From NCBI GenBank assembly GCA_025360225.1, contig JANYCN010000034.1, positions 34,063 to 98,062 on the forward strand: DNA of 64,000 bases. Direction: 5' to 3'. Below the pieces are notes generated by a model that did not search any database, was not told the origin of the DNA, and saw nothing but the letters and a program-made list of their open reading frames with translations. Made by a program: the position numbers and the translations under genes. Within the stretch, counting starts at the first letter, position 1. Each line of letters opens with the position of its first letter. The stretch comes from Actinomycetes bacterium (GTDB lineage: Bacteria > Actinomycetota > Thermoleophilia > Gaiellales > F1-60-MAGs149). Positions 1 to 9,813 of this stretch are shown in pieces.

Positions 1-1
1 T

Positions 2-793
2 GGCAACCCGTGCGCGATCGACGAGATCGAGACCGTCATCGAGCGTGCCAACGGGGCCGGTGGGCGGATCGACCTGCTGGAGGACACGTGCGAGGCTCTC
101 GGCGCGAGCTTCGCCGGCAAGCAGTGCGGGAGCCACGGGGTGATGGGGACGTACAGCTTCTTCTTCTCCCACCACATCTCGACGATGGAGGGGGGGATGG
201 TCGTGACGGATGACGCCGATCTCGCCGAGACGCTCACCTGTCTTCGCGCCCACGGCTGGACGCGCGATCTCCCGCCCGGGTCGATGCTTGCTCGCGGGCT
301 CTCCGACGATCCGTTCGAGCGGCAGTTCCGCTTCCTTCTTCCGGGCTACAACGTCCGGCCGCTCGAGCTTGCAGCGGCGGTCGGGCTCGTCCAGGTGGAG
401 AAGCTGCCGCGCTTCATCGAGCAGCGTCGCGAGAACGCCGCCACCGCCCGGCGCCTGCTCGCGCCGCTCGCGGGAACGTTTGACCTGCAGAGGGAGACGG
501 CCGAGAGCTCGTGGTTCGGCTTCGGCATCACGATCACCGGCGTTGACCGTCGGGTCGTCACGCGGGCACTGCTCGCACGCGGGATCGAGCACCGGCCGAT
601 CATCACGGGGAACTTCGCCCGGCAGCCGGTCCTCAGGCACCTCGACCACCGGATCTCGGGCCCGCTCACCGGGGCAGACCACGTCGACCGCTGCGGCCTG
701 TTCGTCGGCAACCGGGAGCACGACCTCAGCGCCGAGCTCTCGTTGCTCGCCGCGACCCTGGAACGCCTCACCGAGGAGCGGCTGGCAGCATGA
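2..793 (+). CDS. ColD/E1-like PMP-dependent nucleotide-sugar 3-dehydratase with the DegT/DnrJ/EryC1 fold; the 5' end lies outside the window
   Basis: Frame 2 is open from the window edge into ORF 140..793. The translation ...[17 protein letters not shown] fits the SFxxxKxxxxGEGG cofactor motif but has His in the Lys position, as in ColD and E1 dehydratases. There is an ATGA overlap with gmd at 790-793. Confidence 0.75.
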   Translation, partial: GNPCAIDEIETVIERANGAGGRIDLLEDTCEALGASFAGKQCGSHGVMGTYSFFFSHHISTMEGGMVVTDDADLAETLTCLRAHGWTRDLPPGSMLARGLSDDPFERQFRFLLPGYNVRPLELAAAVGLVQVEKLPRFIEQRRENAATARRLLAPLAGTFDLQRETAESSWFGFGITITGVDRRVVTRALLARGIEHRPIITGNFARQPVLRHLDHRISGPLTGADHVDRCGLFVGNREHDLSAELSLLAATLERLTEERLAA

Positions 794-1845
794 GACGCGC
801 GTTGATCACCGGCGTGACTGGCCAGGACGGCTCGTACCTCGCCGAGCTTCTCCTCGCCAAGGGCTACGAGGTCCACGGTCTCGTACGGCGATCGTCGTCC
901 TTCAACACGGCGCGCATCGACCACCTGTTCCGCGATCCGCACGACCCGGAAGCCCGGCTGCACCTCCATCACGGAGACCTGTCGGACTCGGGGAACCTCC
1001 GTGGCCTCCTCGAGCGCACCCGGCCAGACGAGATCTACAACCTTGGCGCGCAGTCGCACGTGCGCGTCAGCTTTGACCAGGCCGAGTACACGGCGGACAT
1101 CGACGCTCTCGGCACGCTGCGGTTGCTCGAGGCGATCCGAGACCACGTGCGGATGACGGGTCACGATGTCCGCTTCTACCAGGCAGGGTCGTCGGAGATG
1201 TTCGGCTCCACGCCGCCGCCACAGTGCGAGACGACGCCCTTTCACCCACGCTCGCCCTACGCCGTCGCGAAGGTCTTCAGCTACCACCAGACGATCAACC
1301 ACCGCGAGGCGTTCGGCCTGCACGCTAGCAACGGGATCCTCTTCAACCACGAGTCGCCGCGCCGAGGCGAGACGTTCTTCACGCGCAAGATCACGCGCGC
1401 GGCGACGCGGATCGTCTACGGGCTGCAGGACGCCGTGCACGTCGGCAACCTCGACGCGCAGCGAGACTGGGGGCACGCCGAGGACTACGTCGAGGCGATG
1501 TGGTTGATGCTCCAGGCCGACGAGCCGGGGGACTACGTCGTTGCGACCGGCCAGATGATCGCCGCAGGCGAGTTCGCCCGGAGGGTGTTCGCCCGTCTCT
1601 CGCTCTCCGCCGAGCGGCACCTGCGCTACGACGAGCGCTACCTGCGAGCCGCCGAGGTCGATGCGCTCCAGGGCGACGCCGGCAAGGCCCGGGCCGTGCT
1701 CGGGTGGGCACCGCGACGCACCGTTGACGACCTGATCGAGGACATGGTCGTGAGCGACCTGGAGCTCGCTCGCCAGGAACGTCTGATCCGTGACAGCGGG
1801 AAGCCAGCCGACGCTCCCACCTGGAGCGAGCGGTGGGCGAGCTGA
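790..1845 (+). CDS. gmd: GDP-mannose 4,6-dehydratase
   Basis: [46 protein letters not shown]..., the YAVAKV (YxxxK) motif and [11 protein letters not shown] are all characteristic of Gmd. Length is 351 aa. Confidence 0.95.
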   Translation: MRRALITGVTGQDGSYLAELLLAKGYEVHGLVRRSSSFNTARIDHLFRDPHDPEARLHLHHGDLSDSGNLRGLLERTRPDEIYNLGAQSHVRVSFDQAEYTADIDALGTLRLLEAIRDHVRMTGHDVRFYQAGSSEMFGSTPPPQCETTPFHPRSPYAVAKVFSYHQTINHREAFGLHASNGILFNHESPRRGETFFTRKITRAATRIVYGLQDAVHVGNLDAQRDWGHAEDYVEAMWLMLQADEPGDYVVATGQMIAAGEFARRVFARLSLSAERHLRYDERYLRAAEVDALQGDAGKARAVLGWAPRRTVDDLIEDMVVSDLELARQERLIRDSGKPADAPTWSERWAS

Positions 1846-2759
1846 TCCTCGTCACCGGCGCCGGCGGCTTCGTTGGCGCGGCGCTGACGGCACGGCTCGT
1901 CCGGCTCGGACACGACGTCGTCGCGGTCACTCGGCCGGACGGGAACACCGCTCGCCTCACCGGGCTCCTCGGTCAGATCGAGGAGCGTCCCGTCGACCTG
2001 ACGTCGGGAGCCGCGATCGGACGGCTCGTCGACGACGTGAGGCCGACGGTCTGCGTCCACTGTGCCGCCGTCGGCGCGACGACGGTCTCGGAGGACGCCG
2101 ATGCGCTCGTCGCCGTGAACACGCTCGCCCCGCTCGCGTTCGCCAGGGCTCTGAGCCTGACCGGTTGCCGGCGTCTCGTCACCGTCGGCTCGAGCTCCGA
2201 GTACGGCCCGTCCGGCGAGCCGATGACGGAGGCGATGCTCGCGCGCCCCGACGACCTGTACGGCGCGACGAAGCTCGCCGGCGGGATCCTCGCCGGTACC
2301 GCAGCCCGGGCCGCCGGCCTCTCGGCCTGTCACGCCCGCCTCTTCTCGGTGTACGGCCCTGGGGAGGATCGACGACGGCTGATCGCCGCCGTCGCGAGCG
2401 CCGTCGTGAGCGGCAGGGCGGTCGAGCTCACCGAGGGCGCGCAGCGTCGCGACCTGGTCTTCATCGATGACGCCGTCGAGGCCCTCGTCCTCGCGATCGC
2501 CTCACCCGACCCGCCGGCGGTGTTCAACGTCGGCACGGGCCTCGGCTCGAGCGTTCGCGACGCGTGCCTTGCGCTTGCCGACGCCGCAGGGGCCAACCAC
2601 GACCTGCTGCGGTTCGGCGCCCTACCGTACCGGTCTGGCGAGCGGTTCGCCTGGAGCGCCGATCCTGCACGGGCCACGGCGCGCCTGGGCTTCGTCGCGA
2701 GGACGTCCCTCGTCGACGGCGCGAGGAAGACGGTGCAGGCGCTACTGGCCCACGCCTGA
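1833..2759 (+). CDS. NAD-dependent epimerase/dehydratase (extended SDR); possibly a ColC/Fcl-like GDP-4-keto-3,6-dideoxyhexose epimerase-reductase
   Basis: GTG start. It has the [13 protein letters not shown] Rossmann motif and the YGATK catalytic YxxxK. Length is 308 aa. It sits immediately downstream of gmd with a 13-nt overlap. Confidence 0.8.
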   Translation: MGELILVTGAGGFVGAALTARLVRLGHDVVAVTRPDGNTARLTGLLGQIEERPVDLTSGAAIGRLVDDVRPTVCVHCAAVGATTVSEDADALVAVNTLAPLAFARALSLTGCRRLVTVGSSSEYGPSGEPMTEAMLARPDDLYGATKLAGGILAGTAARAAGLSACHARLFSVYGPGEDRRRLIAAVASAVVSGRAVELTEGAQRRDLVFIDDAVEALVLAIASPDPPAVFNVGTGLGSSVRDACLALADAAGANHDLLRFGALPYRSGERFAWSADPARATARLGFVARTSLVDGARKTVQALLAHA

Positions 2760-3305
2760 CCAGCGGACACGCCACCAGGCGTCGGCAGCAAGGAACGCCT
2801 CGTCGACCGTCGCGGCCTGGGCGACATGACCGAGATCGGCGACGATGACCGAGTGCCCACGCGCGCGGACATGCCAGGCGATCTCCGCCTCGAACGCTTC
2901 TGGCGGCACGAAGGCCGCTCGCTCGACGAGGTCGAGGTGGGCGGGTGCGACGGCGATCACCGGCGGCGCAGGGCAGTGCACCTCTCCCGCTTCGACGACC
3001 TCCGCTGTCCACCAGCGCAGGTCTTGGACGTGACGCGCGCCGGCGGCGGCGACGAGGCCGACCCCCTCGATCGCCAGCGCCGCACGGATCCGGGCACAGA
3101 GCCCGAGCGATCCAAACGTGGCCCGGGGCCGCGCCAGAACAAGCGCCTCGAGACCGGCGAGGCCACGCGCAGCTACGGCGATCTCGCGGTAGCCGTCGAC
3201 GAGGTCGTGCGCGTCCGACACGTAGCTGAGCGAGTCCGCCTCACCGTGTGTCTGCACGCACGCCTCGAACGTGCCAGCGGGCTCGAGCGACCCGAAGACG
3301 ATCAC
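2742..3305 (-). CDS. Hypothetical protein, last gene of the minus-strand sugar operon
   Basis: It lies within ORF 2742..3356. The GTG at 3305 forms a GTGA overlap with the stop of the upstream gene (3302-3304). I recognise no family motif. Confidence 0.4.
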   Translation of the reverse strand: MIVFGSLEPAGTFEACVQTHGEADSLSYVSDAHDLVDGYREIAVAARGLAGLEALVLARPRATFGSLGLCARIRAALAIEGVGLVAAAGARHVQDLRWWTAEVVEAGEVHCPAPPVIAVAPAHLDLVERAAFVPPEAFEAEIAWHVRARGHSVIVADLGHVAQAATVDEAFLAADAWWRVRWSGVGQ

Positions 3306-4327
3306 GCGGGCTGGCCCCACACGACGTCGAGCATCGCCCGGAAGCGCGCCGTCCACGTGTGCTCCCGGCTCGACCGCTTCCAGGCTGCCGTCGCCATCGC
3401 GATCCGCCGCTCGGGGTCGGCCAACAGGCGCCTGGTCTGCGTCACGCAGTCGTCGGGCGTCGCGTAGATCGCGATCTCCGAGCCGATCGCGAGCAGGTCC
3501 TCCAACCCGATGACGTAGTTCGAGAGCTGCGCCCCACCAGCGATGGCGATCTCGAAGTGCCGCGCCTTCACCTGCTCGTGCGCCTTTGCCATGTCACGGT
3601 TGGAGAGGAAGTTGCGCGGGTCCTCGAGCAGGTAGCGCGTGTCCATCTGACGTGAGTTCGAGACGTTCAGGTTCACGCGGCTCGTGCGGAAGACGTCGGC
3701 CATCTCTGCGAAGGTGACGCGACCGCGCGGCCAGCCTGCGCCGAAGCACTGCACGTCGATGCCGTCTCGTTGGAGGAACCGGACGAGCCAGGCCCGCCAC
3801 GGGTTGACGCCGCCGACGAAGGAGACGTCGTAGCGGAACGCCTCGTCGTCGCTGATCGGTCCGCCCCCGGCGTCGACCAGCTCAGCCGCGTACGCCGTCA
3901 CGATCGGGTGCCCACCGAGCGCCCGGTAGGCAGGTACGACGGATGCCTCGGTGGTCGCGCAGTACGTGAAGACGTCAGCGTAGTGGCGCGAGAAGGAATC
4001 GAAGCGCCACTGGTCGTCCCAGAAGAAGGCGAGCGTCGGAGCGTGCGAGCGGACCGTCCGCCACAGGTCGGTGGAGAAGTCGTGCTCGAACGTTGAGTAG
4101 AAGACGAGGTCGGGCCGGAAACGCTCGACCGCGTCGAGCAGCGCCGCGTCGAGGCTTCCCTTGGAGCGCATCGCGCCGTCGGTGTCGAACACCTCGCACT
4201 CGCCAACGAGCCCGGTGATCGCCGGCTGGAAGAACGAGCGGTCAAACGACGTCCCGCGCGCCGGGTCGCCGTAGTCGTACGCCGGGATCGCGAGAAGGAC
4301 CCTCCGGTCCGGATGGTCAGGCGGCAC
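3302..4327 (-). CDS. CgeB-family (Glyco_trans_1_2 type) glycosyltransferase-like protein
   Basis: The motifs RYDVSFVGGVNPWRAWLVRFL...GAGWPRG...RVNLNVS...KARHFEIAIAGGAQL...ADPERRIAMATAAWKRSSREHTW resemble the CgeB/YkvP family. I chose the GTG at 4327 as start. The Arg/Ser-rich N-terminal extension of the 403-aa ORF overlaps rfbG and is unlikely to be coding. Confidence 0.7.
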   Translation of the reverse strand: MPPDHPDRRVLLAIPAYDYGDPARGTSFDRSFFQPAITGLVGECEVFDTDGAMRSKGSLDAALLDAVERFRPDLVFYSTFEHDFSTDLWRTVRSHAPTLAFFWDDQWRFDSFSRHYADVFTYCATTEASVVPAYRALGGHPIVTAYAAELVDAGGGPISDDEAFRYDVSFVGGVNPWRAWLVRFLQRDGIDVQCFGAGWPRGRVTFAEMADVFRTSRVNLNVSNSRQMDTRYLLEDPRNFLSNRDMAKAHEQVKARHFEIAIAGGAQLSNYVIGLEDLLAIGSEIAIYATPDDCVTQTRRLLADPERRIAMATAAWKRSSREHTWTARFRAMLDVVWGQPA

Positions 4328-5312
4328 GCCGCTGGCCGTTCGCGCCGTCGAGGTATCGCTCGTACCACCCGACGGTGCGCTCGATCCCGGCGTCGAGCCC
4401 GAACCGCGGCTGCCAGCCGAGCAGCGTCCGGGCCTTTGCCGCCGAGAGGTGCTGTGCGGGGATCTCGTGGAGCGCGGTCGCGCCGATCGATGCCTCGAGA
4501 TCGGGGCGTCCACATGCCTCGATCAGGCGGGTGGTCATCGCGAGCGCGCTGAGCGGCGTCTCGTTCGAGAAGTTGAAAGCCTCGCCACGGATCATTGGCT
4601 CGTGCGCGCGCTCTGCGAGCCGCACGTAGGCGTCGGCGGCGTCGTCAACGTAGAGGTAGTCGCGGATCGGTGAGCCGTCGCTCCGCAGGAGCGGCGAGCG
4701 GCCCGCGAGCGCGTCCCGGATCGCTCCAGGCACGAGACGGTTGAAGTTGAGGTCGCCGCCGCCGTAGAGGTTTCCGCAACGCGTCACCACGACCGGCAGG
4801 TCATACGTCGTCGCGTAGGTCTGGGCGATCAGGTCGGCGCAGCTCTTTGAGACGTCGTAGGGATGGCGTCCGGCGAGCGCCTGGTCCTCGCGATACGGCA
4901 GATCGACCTGGCTTCCGTACGCCTTGTCCGACGAGGCGACGACGATCCGGCTCGGGCGGGCGCTTCGCCGGCAGGCGTCGAGTAGCTCCCACGTCCCTGC
5001 GACGTTCGCGCGGAACGTCCCGATCGGGCTCCGCAGGGCGTGGCCGACGATCGTCTGAGCCGCCAGGTGGAACACCGCGTCGATCTCATACTCGACGAGC
5101 ACACGCTCGACGAGGGAGCCGTCCTCGACGTCCCCCGACACGGTGACGCAGCGCGCACGGTCGCCGCTCGTCTCGAGGAGCGCGTCGGGCACGACGTCGC
5201 GAACGAGCGCCACGACGCGCGCTCCCTCTCCGATCAGACGTGGCACGAGCCACGAGCCAAGCAGCCCCGTGGCACCGGTGACGAGGACCGGCCTGTCCTG
5301 CCAGAAGCTCAT
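4317..5312 (-). CDS. rfbG: CDP-glucose 4,6-dehydratase
   Basis: [26 protein letters not shown] is the typical RfbG N-terminus, and YDVSK is the YxxxK motif. The ATG at 5312 (by frame arithmetic) shares one nt with the rfbH stop (TGATG). Confidence 0.85.
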   Translation of the reverse strand: MSFWQDRPVLVTGATGLLGSWLVPRLIGEGARVVALVRDVVPDALLETSGDRARCVTVSGDVEDGSLVERVLVEYEIDAVFHLAAQTIVGHALRSPIGTFRANVAGTWELLDACRRSARPSRIVVASSDKAYGSQVDLPYREDQALAGRHPYDVSKSCADLIAQTYATTYDLPVVVTRCGNLYGGGDLNFNRLVPGAIRDALAGRSPLLRSDGSPIRDYLYVDDAADAYVRLAERAHEPMIRGEAFNFSNETPLSALAMTTRLIEACGRPDLEASIGATALHEIPAQHLSAAKARTLLGWQPRFGLDAGIERTVGWYERYLDGANGQRRAA

Positions 5313-6673
5313 CAGCCGGCCTTTCGCAGGCGTGAGCGCCACGTTGCGAACGTCGCCGCGACGTGCTCAACGTGCGCTTCCCCGATCCCCGGGAAGCACC
5401 CGATCCAGAGGCTGTTCTCGGCAATCTGGTCGGTCGTGTCGAGCCGGCCAACAACGCGGTGAACGCATTCCCGGTAGGCGGGCTGGCGTAGGAGGTTTCC
5501 GGCGAAGATCTGCCGCGTTGCGATGCCGGCTCCTTCGAGGTGACGGACGAGGTCGCGGCGACTCAGACCGGCCTCGGCACGGAGCGTGAGCGCGAAGCCG
5601 AACCAGCTCGGGTCGCTTCCCGCCGTCGCCTCGGGCAGCACGAGGACGTCGGCGTAGGACGCGAGCGCCGTGGAAAGCCGTGCGTGGTTGGCCCGACGGG
5701 CGGCGACGAACTGGGGGAGCCGTTCGAGCTGGACGCGGCCGATCGCCGCCTGCAGGTCGGTCGCCTTCAGGTTGTAGCCAACGTGGGAGTAGACGTACTT
5801 GTGGTCATACCCGGCAGGGAGCGTGCCGAGCTGCTGGTCAAACCGTTTCCCGCAGGTGTTCTCGCAACCAGGCTCACACCAGCAGTCCCGGCCCCAGTCG
5901 CGGATCGACTCGACGATGCGCTTCAGCGCCGGGCGTCGGGTCAGGACCGCACCGCCCTCGCCCGTGGTGATCTGGTGCGCCGGGTAGAAGCTAAGCGTCG
6001 CGAGCGCACCGAACGTGCCAACCTGGCGTCCGTCAAACGTCGCACCGAGAGCGTCACAGCAATCCTCGACGAGGTAGAGGTCGTGCCGCTCGCAGAAGGC
6101 AGAGATCGCTGCGAGGTCGAACGGGTTGCCGAGCGTGTGTGCGAGCACGACCGCCCGCGTCCGCGCCGAGCGAGCCGCCTCGAGCCGTGCAACGTCGATG
6201 TTGTAGGTCGGCAGCGTGACGTCGACGAACACCGGCACGAGGCCGTTCTGCAGGAGCGGGGCGACGGTCGTCGGAAAGCCGGCGGCGACGGTGATCACCT
6301 CGTCACCGGCGACGAGGCGTCGATCCGCGAGCAGCGGCGAGCAGAGCGCGGAGACGGCAGCAAGGTTGGCGCTCGACCCCGAGTTCACCATCAGGGCGTG
6401 GCGTTGCCCCGTCGCACGGGCCAGCGCGCGCTCGAAAGCGCGCGTCTCCGGTCCGGCCGTGAGCCAGAAGTCGAGCGATGCGCGCACCGCCGCGACCACC
6501 TCGGCAGCGCCGTAGACACGACCGGAGACCGGCACCGACGGTGCGGCCGGGTTGAACGACGCCGCCTCGCAGCGTGCGTCAACGAGGTCGGCGACCTGCG
6601 CCAGCAGTGCATCGCGGGGCTCCACGCGTTCGCTATCGGCAGGCAGACGACCATCCTTGAAAGCGGTCCTCAT
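5312..6673 (-). CDS. rfbH: CDP-4-keto-6-deoxy-D-glucose 3-dehydrase (E1, RfbH/DdhC-like), PMP-dependent
   Basis: It has the DegT fold and the motif [14 protein letters not shown], with His replacing the Schiff-base Lys. It also has the Cys-rich [16 protein letters not shown] segment expected for the E1 Fe-S site. I chose the ATG at 6673, 15 nt after the upstream stop. Confidence 0.85.
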   Translation of the reverse strand: MRTAFKDGRLPADSERVEPRDALLAQVADLVDARCEAASFNPAAPSVPVSGRVYGAAEVVAAVRASLDFWLTAGPETRAFERALARATGQRHALMVNSGSSANLAAVSALCSPLLADRRLVAGDEVITVAAGFPTTVAPLLQNGLVPVFVDVTLPTYNIDVARLEAARSARTRAVVLAHTLGNPFDLAAISAFCERHDLYLVEDCCDALGATFDGRQVGTFGALATLSFYPAHQITTGEGGAVLTRRPALKRIVESIRDWGRDCWCEPGCENTCGKRFDQQLGTLPAGYDHKYVYSHVGYNLKATDLQAAIGRVQLERLPQFVAARRANHARLSTALASYADVLVLPEATAGSDPSWFGFALTLRAEAGLSRRDLVRHLEGAGIATRQIFAGNLLRQPAYRECVHRVVGRLDTTDQIAENSLWIGCFPGIGEAHVEHVAATFATWRSRLRKAG

Positions 6674-6687
6674 CCTGCTTTCAAGCA

Positions 6688-8025
6688 CTACGCCGCGCGC
6701 TCCGTGGCCGGAAGGCGGTGCCATCGTGCAGGATCGATCGGTTGATCGAGCGGGTCGGGCGCCGCATAGGGATACACCGGGTAGCCGAGATCCTCGATTC
6801 GTCGCCCCTCGTCGCTGCCGAATCGCGTCAGGAGCAGAGATCCTGGCGTAAGCACCGCCTCCGGTCGGGTGCCGCAGAGGAGATCGCAGTCAAGATCGGG
6901 AGCCGGCTCGAAGGCTGGTCCGATCGTCTCGAGCACGACGTTCGCGTCCTCGTTCTCGCTGACGACGGCGATCCTTCCCGCCCCGGCGCGCTTCAGCGCC
7001 TGAAGCGTCTCGACGAGCGACACGGCCTCCTCGCTCGTCGTCGGCGTCGTCGCGATGACGGTGAACGGGCGCGCGAGGCCCGGCAGGTCGGCATCGCTCA
7101 GGGTGATCCTCACGACGTCGCGAACCTCCTCGCTCTCGGGACAGTGCAGGAGGGCGCTGATCGCCGCGGCGTAGCCCGAGTGCCCGGTGACCGCCGCCCG
7201 GCGGTGCCCGTCGGTGAGGAGCCGGGCCCGGACGCTCAGCGCGACCCGCGCCTCGAGCCGCGCGGCCGCTTCACGCACGGCGTCGGGCATGGCAGCGTCG
7301 CGGGTGATCGAGCGGATCGCCGCTGGTAGCTGGCTCGCGTAGACGGCGGTGCGGCGCGAGTCAGACGTGCCGGAAGAGGCGTGGAAACGAAGCCGTACGA
7401 GCGGCTCAGCGAGCGAGACGACGCCGTAGCGCGCCGCGAGCCGCACCCAGAGGTGCCAGTCGCCGCAGAACGTCAGGCGCGCATCAAACCCGCCGACGGC
7501 GAGGAGCGCCGCTCGTCGAGCGACGACGCTTGGCAGCGACGCCTCGTTGTCGGGCAACAAGCGGGGGACGAACGCGCCGGCAGGGAGGTATCGCGGCACC
7601 TCAGCGAGCCCGAGCGGCCACTGGCCGAGCACGTTGTCGGCGTCATCGATGAGCGTGCAGGTGGAGTGTGCGAAAGCGGCGTCGGTCGTGGCGAGCGCGT
7701 CGACCTTGCGCGCCAGGTTCCCCGGCTCCATCACGTCATCGTCGGTGAAGAACGCGACCCACGGCGCTCGCGACTCGGCGATTCCCCGGTTCATCGAGCC
7801 GTAGACGTGCAGGTCGTGCTCGTTGCGGGTGTACCGGACACGACGGTCTCGCGCGGCGTACGCGGTGACGATCGCCGCCGTCTCGTCCGTCGACCCGTTG
7901 TCGTACACGGCAAGCTCGAGCGACACGCCCTTCTGTGCAAGGATCGAGTCGATCGACGAGCCGAGGTATCGCTCGCCGTTCTTCACGGGCAGGATCACGG
8001 TCAGCTGCGGCTCGTTGTCCTGCAC
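6688..8025 (-). CDS. Family 2 glycosyltransferase with a C-terminal extension of unknown function
   Basis: [24 protein letters not shown]...[12 protein letters not shown]...FFTDDDV is the GT-A fold with its DxD motif. The start is the GTG at 8025. Confidence 0.85.
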   Translation of the reverse strand: MQDNEPQLTVILPVKNGERYLGSSIDSILAQKGVSLELAVYDNGSTDETAAIVTAYAARDRRVRYTRNEHDLHVYGSMNRGIAESRAPWVAFFTDDDVMEPGNLARKVDALATTDAAFAHSTCTLIDDADNVLGQWPLGLAEVPRYLPAGAFVPRLLPDNEASLPSVVARRAALLAVGGFDARLTFCGDWHLWVRLAARYGVVSLAEPLVRLRFHASSGTSDSRRTAVYASQLPAAIRSITRDAAMPDAVREAAARLEARVALSVRARLLTDGHRRAAVTGHSGYAAAISALLHCPESEEVRDVVRITLSDADLPGLARPFTVIATTPTTSEEAVSLVETLQALKRAGAGRIAVVSENEDANVVLETIGPAFEPAPDLDCDLLCGTRPEAVLTPGSLLLTRFGSDEGRRIEDLGYPVYPYAAPDPLDQPIDPARWHRLPATERAA

Positions 8026-8032
8026 GAACGGT

Positions 8033-8061
8033 GTATCGACCGCTCACGCGCCTTCCTCAAG
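8033..8061 (-). promoter_or_regulatory. Sigma-28-like promoter (copy D) for the GT2-rfbH-rfbG operon
   Basis: On the minus strand the sequence reads CTTGAG-N15-GTCGATAC, then 7 nt, then the GTG at 8025. The -35 hexamer is the reverse complement of the -35 of copy A. Confidence 0.55.
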
Positions 8062-8084
8062 CCAGCTTCAAGCGTTGCCGATAC
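8056..8084 (+). promoter_or_regulatory. Sigma-28-like promoter (copy A) for the ThDP enzyme-rfbF operon
   Basis: CTCAAG (8056-8061), then N15, then GCCGATAC (8077-8084). The ATG at 8095 follows 10 nt downstream. Confidence 0.6.
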
Positions 8085-8094
8085 CACGGAGAAG

Positions 8095-9813
8095 ATGGCA
8101 ACCCTGGCTGACTGGCTCGGCTCGTTCCTGTTCGAGCAGGGCGTTCGCCGCGTCTATCACGTGCCGGGCGGGATGATCGCGTTGCTCATCGACGCGCTCG
8201 CGCAAACGCCTGGGATCGAGGTGATCACGACCCGCCACGAACAGGGCGCGGCGTTCGCGGCCGAGGGCGAGGCGCGGCTCACGGGCATCCCGGGCGTCGC
8301 CCTCGCGACCTCGGGTCCCGGCGCGACGAACCTCCTCACAGGGATCGGCTCGTGCTACTTCGACTCGATTCCCGCGGTCTTCATCACAGGCCAGGTGAAA
8401 CGCTCCGAGCAGCGGGGGACGCGAGCGGTCAGGCAGGTCGGCTTTCAGGAGACCGATATCGTCGTGATGGCGGCGCCGGTGACGAAGGCGGCGATCGCGA
8501 TCCGGACGATCGAGGAGGCTGCGGGCGTCTTCGAGGACGCGTTCCGCATCGCGCTCAGCGGCCGGCCGGGGCCTGTTCTCGTTGACGTTCCGCTCGACCT
8601 GCAGCGCGCGGAGGTGAGACGCCGCCCGCGCCTCGTCGCGGGACAGCCTCCCGTTGCGGCGTCCGAAGCCGACGTGAAGCGCGCCGCTCGTCGTCTGCTC
8701 GCGGCGGAACGGCCGCTGCTCCTCGCGGGCGGCGGTGTCTGGCACGCCGACGCCCAGCAGGCGCTGGTGCGGGTGGCCACGCTCGCCGACACGCCGATCG
8801 TGCACAGCTTGATGGCGACCGACGTCGTGCCCGCCGGCCACCGTCACCGCTGCGGGATGATCGGCACGTACGGCAACCGTTGGGCGAACCTCGCGCTCGG
8901 GCGCAGCGACCACCTGCTCGTCGTCGGCAGCCGACTCGACATCCGACAGACAGGTGCTGACGTTGCGTGGTTCTGTCACGATCGCACGGTCGATCGAGTG
9001 GACTGTGACGAGGCCGAGCTCGCCGAGCCGGCGGCTACGGAGGCGATCCGCGGAGACGCGCGGCTGTTCCTGTCGGCGCTCGCCGACGAGCTGCTCCAGC
9101 TCGAGCCACCGCCTGCGCGTAACGCGTGGCTCGACGAGATCGGCGACCTGCGCACCGCGTGGCCAGACGTCGACGAGGTCGGTGACGTCGGGAACATCAA
9201 CCCGAACGCGTTCGTCGCGGAGCTGACGGCGGGCGCCGCGAGCGTCAGCGCCATCGTCACCGATGTCGGCCAGCACCAGATGTGGCTCGCACAGTCCGTC
9301 CGTCCGCGTTCTGGTCAACGGGTGATCACGCCCGGGGGCATGGCCGCAATCGGCTTCGGGCTGCCGGCAGCGATCGGCGTCTCGCTCGCCGACCGGTCGA
9401 GCCGCGTGCTTCTCGTCACCGGCGACGGCGGGCTCCAGACGAACCTGCAGGAGCTCGAGACGCTCGTGCACCTGAACCTCGACGTGACCATCGTCGTCCT
9501 TGACAATCGCTGTCACGGGATGGTGCGGCAGTTCCAGACAAGCTACCTCGACGGCAGGCACGTCGGGACGCGCGACGGCTACAGCGCGCCAGACTTCCTG
9601 CGCGTCGCAACGGCCTTCGGCATCCCGTCGCTTGGGATCGCCGAGCCGGCGGAGGTCGGCTCGGGGGTCGACTTCGCGCTCGACGGGTCGGGCCCACGGC
9701 TCCTCGTCGTCGCCGTCGATCCGGACTGCGACGTCTACCCGAAGGTCGCCTTCGGGCGCCCGCTGACCGAGATGGAACCGTTCGTTCGACCCGTTGCCTT
9801 GGAGGGAACGTGA
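8095..9813 (+). CDS. Thiamine-diphosphate-dependent enzyme of the acetolactate-synthase fold; YerE-like candidate for branched-chain sugar synthesis
   Basis: MATLADWLGSFLFEQGVRRVYHVPGGMIALLIDAL...TRHEQGAAFAAEGEARLTG...ATSGPGATNLLTG and the later GDGGLQTNLQELET motif mark a ThDP enzyme. Length is 572 aa. It has a GTGA overlap with rfbF. I saw no ALS small subunit. Confidence 0.8.
   Translation: MATLADWLGSFLFEQGVRRVYHVPGGMIALLIDALAQTPGIEVITTRHEQGAAFAAEGEARLTGIPGVALATSGPGATNLLTGIGSCYFDSIPAVFITGQVKRSEQRGTRAVRQVGFQETDIVVMAAPVTKAAIAIRTIEEAAGVFEDAFRIALSGRPGPVLVDVPLDLQRAEVRRRPRLVAGQPPVAASEADVKRAARRLLAAERPLLLAGGGVWHADAQQALVRVATLADTPIVHSLMATDVVPAGHRHRCGMIGTYGNRWANLALGRSDHLLVVGSRLDIRQTGADVAWFCHDRTVDRVDCDEAELAEPAATEAIRGDARLFLSALADELLQLEPPPARNAWLDEIGDLRTAWPDVDEVGDVGNINPNAFVAELTAGAASVSAIVTDVGQHQMWLAQSVRPRSGQRVITPGGMAAIGFGLPAAIGVSLADRSSRVLLVTGDGGLQTNLQELETLVHLNLDVTIVVLDNRCHGMVRQFQTSYLDGRHVGTRDGYSAPDFLRVATAFGIPSLGIAEPAEVGSGVDFALDGSGPRLLVVAVDPDCDVYPKVAFGRPLTEMEPFVRPVALEGT

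Noticed and set aside
5310-5343. An apparent 1-nt disagreement around 5310-5343 between my position counting on the printed sequence and the ORF-track coordinates.
   Set aside because: I treated this as my own counting limitation and not as a frameshift. Both flanking genes are full-length and in frame according to the ORF track. Coordinates there are taken from the track by frame arithmetic.
7381-8094. The N-terminal 238-aa extension of the 810-aa ORF 7381..9813.
   Set aside because: It is antisense to the well-supported GT2 gene (6688..8025) and is compositionally Arg-rich. The recognisable ThDP-enzyme sequence begins at MATLADWL (ATG 8095), which is preceded by GGAGAAG and by promoter copy A.
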